IMG/VR virus record: IMGVR_UViG_3300021404_000009
Direction: 5' to 3' (one strand)
DNA: 20,000 nucleotides
Source: an uncultured virus (IMG/VR IMGVR_UViG_3300021404_000009)
Lineage: Duplodnaviria > Heunggongvirae > Uroviricota > Caudoviricetes
The notes beneath the pieces are model-generated. The model was not told where the DNA came from, made no database searches, and saw only the letters and a program-made list of their open reading frames with translations. How positions within the stretch are numbered: position 1 is the first letter of the stretch; each line of letters begins with the position of its first letter. The translations under genes and the position numbers were made by a program. Positions 15,173 to 20,000 of the stretch are shown here, piece after piece.

Positions 15173-15200
15173 TTGAAATTTTACGGCATCGTGATACAAT
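15173..15200 (+). promoter_or_regulatory. Divergent rightward promoter
   Basis: TTGAAA (15173-15178), 16-bp spacer, TACAAT (15195-15200) with an extended -10 TG. Confidence 0.65.
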
Positions 15201-15252
15201 CTTGGTGTAGGGCGACGAAAAGGGACCGGATTGATAGGATGGGTGGCACAAG

Positions 15253-15504
15253 ATGCCGCCCGTAAAACGGGAGGCGACCAAGATTTCCACCCTTACCATG
15301 CCACGAAAGCCCGAGAAGTCGGCCCCGGAAGCCCCGGACAAAATCATCGCGCTCCGCTGCACTGCTTCGTATCGAAAGCGGGTCGAGCAGGCCGCGAAGA
15401 AGGAATTCCGGGACTCGTCGGGCCTCATTGCCCTGGCGTTACAGAAGTATTTCGACGAGCAGGGGTATGAGTCCCTTCCGCCTCGTCTGGGGGAGCCCGA
15501 ATGA
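15253..15504 (+). CDS. Ribbon-helix-helix/Arc-like regulator (RHH-2); alternative start 15298
   Basis: KIIALRC strand, helices ASYRKRVEQAAKKE and SSGLIALALQKYF, LPPR tail; same layout as RHH-1. Confidence 0.65.
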   Translation: MPPVKREATKISTLTMPRKPEKSAPEAPDKIIALRCTASYRKRVEQAAKKEFRDSSGLIALALQKYFDEQGYESLPPRLGEPE

Positions 15505-15959
15505 TTTACTTCGTGCGATCGCCTCGCGGTGGCCCGATCAAGATCGGGACTACAATCCGTCTTGCGGATCGACTTCCCGCTCTCAATCGCGGCCGTTTCG
15601 GTCCCGTCGAAGTCCTGGCCATCATGGATGGCGGCTACGACGAAGAGGCCGCTTTGCACCGCAAGTTCCGCTACTGGCGATGCGAGGATAGTTTCAGCGA
15701 GGGGGACACAGAATGGTTTACGCCATGCGATAAGCTTCTTGCGCTGATCGAGACAGAGGGGCGCCCGTGGACGGAAATCGATGACGACGGCGCGTTCGTC
15801 ACGGTTAAGATTGGCCGGCCCGAACATGCCCGGCTGAAGCTCGTGGCGGGCGTCCAGGGCCGAGACATCTCCGATCTTTTGACGGATCTTGTCCGCGGGC
15901 CGCTTGAGCGGCTTTACAAGCAGGCTTTGGCTAAACTGAATGCGGAAGAGGGGAATTGA
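15501..15959 (+). CDS. GIY-YIG (T5orf172/MUG113-like) nuclease domain fused to a C-terminal RHH
   Basis: MIYFVR...IKIGTT...RL...EAALHRKF...EWF, then VTVKIGRPEHARLKLVAGVQGRDISDLLTDLV; ATGA-coupled to RHH-2. Confidence 0.75.
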   Translation: MIYFVRSPRGGPIKIGTTIRLADRLPALNRGRFGPVEVLAIMDGGYDEEAALHRKFRYWRCEDSFSEGDTEWFTPCDKLLALIETEGRPWTEIDDDGAFVTVKIGRPEHARLKLVAGVQGRDISDLLTDLVRGPLERLYKQALAKLNAEEGN

Positions 15960-16055
15960 CGACGCGCTGGCCGGGGCTACGACCTCCCGGCCAGACGCGC
16001 CGATCGCCGGACGGGCCGGCGACGAACGCGAGTATAACAAGAGGAGCGAGAGACG

Positions 16056-16421
16056 ATGGGCACCAACTACTACTTCCACCCGAGCAGCGAGCGGGAATGC
16101 CCGCACTGCAAACAAGACACCCCGGGCCTGCACATCGGCAAGTCGTCGGCCGGCTGGAATTTCAGCCTGAGAATTCATCCCGACGACGGAATCGCCAGCC
16201 TTGCGGATTGGCAAGCGAGATGGGATGCCGGCGGGGCGATCTTCAACGAATACGGCGAGCGAATCGAGGTCGCGGCCATGCTGGCCACAATCACAGAGCG
16301 GTCGTGGCATGGCGGGCTGCTTGCCCACACCGACCCCGGCGCGATGGGGCCTTATGCCGGACACCTCGACGTGAGGCGCGGCGGCGACACTTACGACCTC
16401 TGTAATTACGAGTTCTCGTAA
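16056..16421 (+). CDS. Conserved-looking phage hypothetical (MGTNYY...HIGKSSAGW type)
   Basis: GAGGAG SD; CPHC; motif familiar from phage proteins of unknown function. Confidence 0.75.
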   Translation: MGTNYYFHPSSERECPHCKQDTPGLHIGKSSAGWNFSLRIHPDDGIASLADWQARWDAGGAIFNEYGERIEVAAMLATITERSWHGGLLAHTDPGAMGPYAGHLDVRRGGDTYDLCNYEFS

Positions 16422-16472
16422 CGTCCCCCCTCCATCCCCCCCGCGGCGGACGACGGCGATAGAGGAGAGAGA

Positions 16473-16688
16473 ATGAGCGACACTGAGCGGTTGGATTGGT
16501 TGGAGAAGAACATGAATCAGCTTCGGTGCAGCCTCCACGGCTACACGCTCGAAGCGGCTGGGGGTCGCAATTTCCGCGGGCCGTCGGTCCGCGAGGCGAT
16601 CGATGACGCCATGAAGGCCACGAAGGCCGACGGCGACGAGCCCAGCGACGCCGCTGCGGCGGCTGCATTGGGCTCGATCAACGCCTGA
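16473..16688 (+). CDS. Phage hypothetical (DTERLDWLE...REAIDDAM type)
   Basis: GAGGAG SD; recurrent small phage motif. Confidence 0.7.
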   Translation: MSDTERLDWLEKNMNQLRCSLHGYTLEAAGGRNFRGPSVREAIDDAMKATKADGDEPSDAAAAAALGSINA

Positions 16689-16726
16689 CGGCTGGCCTGC
16701 TCCGCGATCACGGCGATGGGCAGTCA

Positions 16727-17236
16727 TCACGCCGCCTCTTCGTCATCGTGCATCGCCGCCAGGGACGGCAGCGTGGCCCCGTGCAGGACGGCCGACCAAG
16801 CGGCCCGCGTATCGGGCCATGCGTCCAGGATGTCACGGCAGAACCGCTTGGCGAGGTCCAGGTCGACGGCCGAGCGGCGATCGGGGCCGTGGATGCGGAG
16901 CAGGACGGCGCCGGGGCTGGCCGTGACGAACGGGACGTAGCCGTGCGAGGCGGAATTGCCGTGGGACGCCGCGGGGGATCGCGAGCCGGGGAAACGGCCG
17001 CCTTTGCTTCCCTTCACCGGCCAAGAGTAGGGCCACTCGCCTCGGGCGCGGAGCCGCCCAGTCCCGGTCTTGGCCGCATAAGGCGAGACGTCAGCGGCGC
17101 GGGCCAGCTCGGAGTAGTTCACGTCACGCCGGCCGGCGAACGTCGCGGCCGCGGCGATCAGCTTGGCCTCGCACTCGGCGGCGCGGGCAGCGGTAGACAT
17201 GGGGTTGGGCGGGGCGGCTTTGTCGCTGTTCCTCAT
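16727..17236 (-). CDS. HTH DNA-binding protein (169 aa from ATG at 17236)
   Basis: VNYSELARAADVSPYAAKTGTGRLRARG HTH-like; GGGAG SD; ATGA overlap with the CsrA-like stop. Confidence 0.6.
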   Translation of the reverse strand: MRNSDKAAPPNPMSTAARAAECEAKLIAAAATFAGRRDVNYSELARAADVSPYAAKTGTGRLRARGEWPYSWPVKGSKGGRFPGSRSPAASHGNSASHGYVPFVTASPGAVLLRIHGPDRRSAVDLDLAKRFCRDILDAWPDTRAAWSAVLHGATLPSLAAMHDDEEAA

Positions 17237-17761
17237 CGCGGACTCCCGTAGGCAAGAATCTTCTCGGGTGTGAGACGCACCTCGGGCGGGGCGATAACAC
17301 GAAGCATGGTCGAACCCGGACTTGTCGCGATCACGGTGATAAGAACTTTGGTCCCATCGAAGTCGATTTCCAGGCGCTGTTTGCGCAGAAGTCGAGTCTC
17401 GAAGTGCCTCGGCCCATCGACGCATAGTTGTTTGCGGCGGATTTCCTTGTCGCCCGGCCCGTTCATTCAGTCGCTCCCCCTCGGTTGCCAACCACGTCCT
17501 CATCAGGACATGCTTGCGTACGAACAGCCTGGAAATCTCGGCCTCGGACGGCTCCGGCTCCGCCGCCCCTTCGTGGAACGTGATGCGGCAGCGGCAACGG
17601 TTGCAGAGCGTCCCTTCGATGCCGAAGGGTGCCCCTGAGAATCGGGCCGGGCGGCCAGAGGATCGCGCGTAGCCGCCCAGCGTGCCGCACTCGATGCACG
17701 GCTGGACGGGACGAACGACGCCCTTCGGCGGACGGCCGATCGGCAGGAGGGAAGGGCTCAC
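16727..17761 (-). CDS. Zn-finger protein whose frame reads through into the HTH gene (344 aa if translated in full)
   Basis: GTGA-coupled start at 17761; CIEC...CNRC; GC3-rich to about 17470, no in-frame stop until 16727. Confidence 0.45.
   Translation of the reverse strand: MSPSLLPIGRPPKGVVRPVQPCIECGTLGGYARSSGRPARFSGAPFGIEGTLCNRCRCRITFHEGAAEPEPSEAEISRLFVRKHVLMRTWLATEGERLNERAGRQGNPPQTTMRRWAEALRDSTSAQTAPGNRLRWDQSSYHRDRDKSGFDHASCYRPARGASHTREDSCLRESAMRNSDKAAPPNPMSTAARAAECEAKLIAAAATFAGRRDVNYSELARAADVSPYAAKTGTGRLRARGEWPYSWPVKGSKGGRFPGSRSPAASHGNSASHGYVPFVTASPGAVLLRIHGPDRRSAVDLDLAKRFCRDILDAWPDTRAAWSAVLHGATLPSLAAMHDDEEAA
17233..17466 (-). CDS. Divergent CsrA/RsmA-fold-like protein
   Basis: VLITVIATSPGSTMLRVIAPPEVRLTPEKI aligns by eye with CsrA [30 protein letters not shown]; GC3-rich frame; GAGGGGGAG SD. 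Confidence 0.5.
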   Translation of the reverse strand: MNGPGDKEIRRKQLCVDGPRHFETRLLRKQRLEIDFDGTKVLITVIATSPGSTMLRVIAPPEVRLTPEKILAYGSPR

Positions 17762-18168
17762 GACGCCCTCCCGAGCTTCGCCGGCTTGCCCAGCGGTGCC
17801 GGCAACTGAATCACTCCCGCCCCAATCGCCCGCCTCACCATCTGGCGAGCCTCCGAGAACTGCCGCCCGGCCTTCACTAGCAAGGCCACATGCCACGCCC
17901 TGAGCCGCCGCGCGTCGTGGCGGCGTGCCTCCTCGGACTCGTCAGCCGCCCACCGAACGTCCTCGCCCAGATCGGGCGGCGGCGCGATGTAGTCGGCCGG
18001 GTTGTCGAGGTAGGTGAAGGTGAACTCCGTGGCGAGAACCGGACAGCCTTCCACGGTTGCTGCGATCGTGTCTGACGATATGGAATATCGAGGACTTCGA
18101 CATTCGAGGATTCCGGCTCCCGCGGGGGTCGGTGGCTGGTCGGAATCGGCGAGGGGGAGAAGGGGCAT
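17758..18168 (-). CDS. Hypothetical protein (136 aa)
   Basis: AGGAG SD; coupled to the next ORF. Confidence 0.65.
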   Translation of the reverse strand: MPLLPLADSDQPPTPAGAGILECRSPRYSISSDTIAATVEGCPVLATEFTFTYLDNPADYIAPPPDLGEDVRWAADESEEARRHDARRLRAWHVALLVKAGRQFSEARQMVRRAIGAGVIQLPAPLGKPAKLGRAS

Positions 18169-18191
18169 GGAAGGGGGCTCCTGCGTTGGGG

Positions 18192-18395
18192 TTAATCTCC
18201 TCGTTTCACCACTTCAACGAACTCCGGCAACGGCCGCAGATACCTCACCTGATCCCCGACCCGTGGTGCCTCGCCGCCCCACTGCTCACGGAGGATCGGC
18301 AAGGGCTGGGCACCATCGATAAGCACGTTCCACCCCGCGATGGCTTCCATGACGAACGTGATGGTGCCGGTGGTGGTCTGGTGATAGGCGTCCAT
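18192..18395 (-). CDS. Hypothetical protein (67 aa, MDAYHQTTTG...)
   Basis: AGGAGG SD before ATG at 18395. Confidence 0.65.
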   Translation of the reverse strand: MDAYHQTTTGTITFVMEAIAGWNVLIDGAQPLPILREQWGGEAPRVGDQVRYLRPLPEFVEVVKRGD

Positions 18396-18414
18396 GTTGT
18401 CCTCCTGTGTAAAA

Positions 18415-18492
18415 TCCGCCGCGCCGCCAAGGTCGATCCCCACGCACGCTATCTCTTTCATGAACGTGCGTGGGCAGTGACGGCGCGGCGGA
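18415..18492 (-). other. 78-nt intergenic stem-loop
   Basis: Outer arms 18415-18429 / 18478-18492 (15 bp, 1 G-U), inner arms 18439-18450 / 18463-18474; followed on minus strand by UUUUACAC and the SD. Confidence 0.7.
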
Positions 18493-18496
18493 AGGC

Positions 18497-18709
18497 TCAA
18501 TGTATGTGCTTGGTGACCGATCCGGTGCACGTCCACCACATGCCGGCTTCTCCGTTGGGCTCGATCGTGACTTTCCCGCCCTGACGGAACGTGCGGATGA
18601 AGCAGGCAAGTAGTTCCGTTTCCCTGGCGTCTTCGGCGATCCAAGTCACTTGGGCCGCTGCCTTCCCGTCGTCCGTACCCTCGTTGATATGCCTGACGGT
18701 TGATCGCAT
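18497..18709 (-). CDS. Hypothetical protein (70 aa, MRSTVRHINE...)
   Basis: AAGGTG SD before ATG at 18709. Confidence 0.6.
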   Translation of the reverse strand: MRSTVRHINEGTDDGKAAAQVTWIAEDARETELLACFIRTFRQGGKVTIEPNGEAGMWWTCTGSVTKHIH

Positions 18710-18713
18710 CAAA

Positions 18714-19064
18714 TCACCTTGTTTTGGCGGTCCGCGATGCGTGTGGCCCGAACTCCACTTCGGGCACGCTGTATTCCCAATCCTGCTCCCTCGCGTATTC
18801 CCGCCACTCCCGCGCAAACTCCACCGCGGCCGCCTCAGCAGCCTTCGCCGAGGCCGCACGTTCAAGATCATCAGTCTTCATCGCTCGGCTCATAAATACC
18901 GCCCGTTGCGAAGTGGGATTCATGAGCACGCTGATACCGTCGTGCCAATCGACCCTGATAGCGTCGATTCGGGTGTGGTTTGCCTCGCGGGCCAGGCGCG
19001 TATCGGTGGCGTGCTCGCGGGCGAAGGCGACGAGGGCGGCGCGGTAGTCGAGGTCAGAGAGCAT
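18714..19064 (-). CDS. Hypothetical protein (116 aa, MLSDLDYRAA...)
   Basis: GAGAGG SD; start reassigned to 19064 because the upstream part is a structured intergenic region. Confidence 0.65.
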   Translation of the reverse strand: MLSDLDYRAALVAFAREHATDTRLAREANHTRIDAIRVDWHDGISVLMNPTSQRAVFMSRAMKTDDLERAASAKAAEAAAVEFAREWREYAREQDWEYSVPEVEFGPHASRTAKTR

Positions 19065-19086
19065 GGGGAGATGGCCTCTCGTGTAA

Positions 19087-19270
19087 GGGGTGAACTCCGC
19101 CGCCCACCACCGCCGGCAGCTGTAACTACCGACGATGGCAATGGGCGGTGGGCGATAGCCCGGCGAGTAACGTTTCCGTCTATCGCTGCCGCCGATACTG
19201 GCCGTGCTCCTCAAGGGATGACGACCGACACCCCGGCGACTCCTGCGGCTGGCCGCTGGTGGGGTGGTTG
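19087..19270 (-). ncRNA. Candidate structured RNA element (three or more hairpins)
   Basis: Stems 19100-19148 (15 contiguous pairs including 5 G-U, plus 6 bp), 19152-19186 and 19229-19266; G-U pairs work only on the minus strand. Confidence 0.4.
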
Positions 19271-19282
19271 GTTCAATAGCGG

Positions 19283-19540
19283 CTAGTCGTCGCCGAGTTC
19301 CTGCGTGAGATTCGATAGCTCTTGGAGGGCGGCGTCGCGGGGGTCGATCGCCCTTGGGCCGCTATCCGCTTTGGCGTGGCAGAGGCAGACGATCGCAATC
19401 TCTTCCCTGTGGAGAAGGGATTCGCCGTCAAAGTAGAGGCACATGGCCCCCCATCCGGAAATGTCGCTGACGACCATGTGTAGGTAAGGCTCATGCTTGA
19501 GCGTCACGACGTCGCCGGGCTTGATCGGTTGATCGCTCAC
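19283..19540 (-). CDS. DUF2158/YodC-like small protein
   Basis: IKPGDVVTLK....MVV.....MCLYFDG pattern. Confidence 0.6.
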   Translation of the reverse strand: MSDQPIKPGDVVTLKHEPYLHMVVSDISGWGAMCLYFDGESLLHREEIAIVCLCHAKADSGPRAIDPRDAALQELSNLTQELGDD

Positions 19541-19683
19541 GACAATCCCCTTCCCGCCCGCTCCCTCTCAAACCACCGCCGGTCAACGTGGCAGGGCTTG
19601 ATGTGGCGGCTCGACAGGAGCACCCCGACAGTGCCGGACACGAGTAGGGCGATCGAGGCGGCCCAAAGGATGTCGTTGATCAT
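19537..19683 (-). CDS. Small membrane protein (48 aa)
   Basis: ATGA-coupled start at 19683; hydrophobic ILWAASIALLVSGTVGVLL. Confidence 0.55.
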   Translation of the reverse strand: MINDILWAASIALLVSGTVGVLLSSRHIKPCHVDRRWFERERAGRGLS

Positions 19684-20000
19684 GCGGCCACCCCCTTCCA
19701 TGCGGCGTCGATCTCCGCCATCTGCGGCCGCGAGCACAGAAACGCATGCCCGAACGTGAGCCCATAGGTCACGTCATCGATGTGGGCCTCGCCCCACTTC
19801 CACCGCTCCAGAAGGGCGCGGACGCGATTGCAACAGGCGGCGTGGGTGATGGTGGGTGGGGGGCCGAGGTTGGAGGGGGGCGAGGGCGCGGGCGGGTAGA
19901 GGCCAGCGGCGGCAACGGCGGTGTCGAGGGCGCGGATGGCGGCGTCTTCGGTGGGCAGTCCGTCAGTCCCGATAAACCTGTCGTACTTGCCCAAGCTCCA
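19680..20000 (-). CDS. Hypothetical protein (5' end probably outside window)
   Basis: Frame open to the window edge; stop overlaps the next ATG. Confidence 0.55.
   Translation of the reverse strand, partial: WSLGKYDRFIGTDGLPTEDAAIRALDTAVAAAGLYPPAPSPPSNLGPPPTITHAACCNRVRALLERWKWGEAHIDDVTYGLTFGHAFLCSRPQMAEIDAAWKGVAA

Larger units (their letters stand above)
1..20000. mobile_element. Temperate phage/prophage early, replication and recombination region (boundaries outside window)
   Basis: O-like initiator with iterons next to DnaB, plus RusA, HNH, an orphan MTase, a recombinase/ATPase pair and many short translationally coupled ORFs (ATGA/GTGA overlaps); no host housekeeping genes. Confidence 0.9.

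Noticed and set aside
14628..16730. 700-aa minus-strand ORF
   Set aside because: It is in exact antisense register with the plus-strand genes at 15501, 16056 and 16473, crosses promoter DNA and has no motifs, so it is a high-GC shadow ORF
19065..19282. tRNA gene
   Set aside because: No cloverleaf with a T-loop (GTTCRA) and acceptor stem on either strand

Overview
GC-rich (about 65% by eye) early, replication and recombination region of a temperate phage or prophage, mostly on the minus strand. There are no structural, lysis or integrase genes in the window. The core is a lambdoid/P22-type replication operon: SMC/RecF-like ATPase, putative strand-annealing protein, O-like initiator with six internal palindromic iterons, DnaB, HNH, a beta-clamp-like Zn protein, RusA and a short C5 DNA methyltransferase. 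Many small hypothetical genes surround it. The leftward operons start from two near-consensus sigma70 promoters (about 10.77 kb and 15.15 kb), each overlapped by a palindrome and each facing a divergent small ribbon-helix-helix (RHH) gene rather than a CI/Cro pair. Other notable points are two tandem ParB-like paralogues, a GIY-YIG-RHH fusion, a divergent CsrA-like gene nested in a read-through frame, three replication/recombination proteins ending in SSB-like '-PF' tails, a chimeric gene built from copies of two genes 12.7 kb away, repeated gene-junction motifs, and long G-U-rich intergenic hairpins. All family calls come from motif recognition by eye. A Planctomycetota host is only a guess from the RHH style and GC content.
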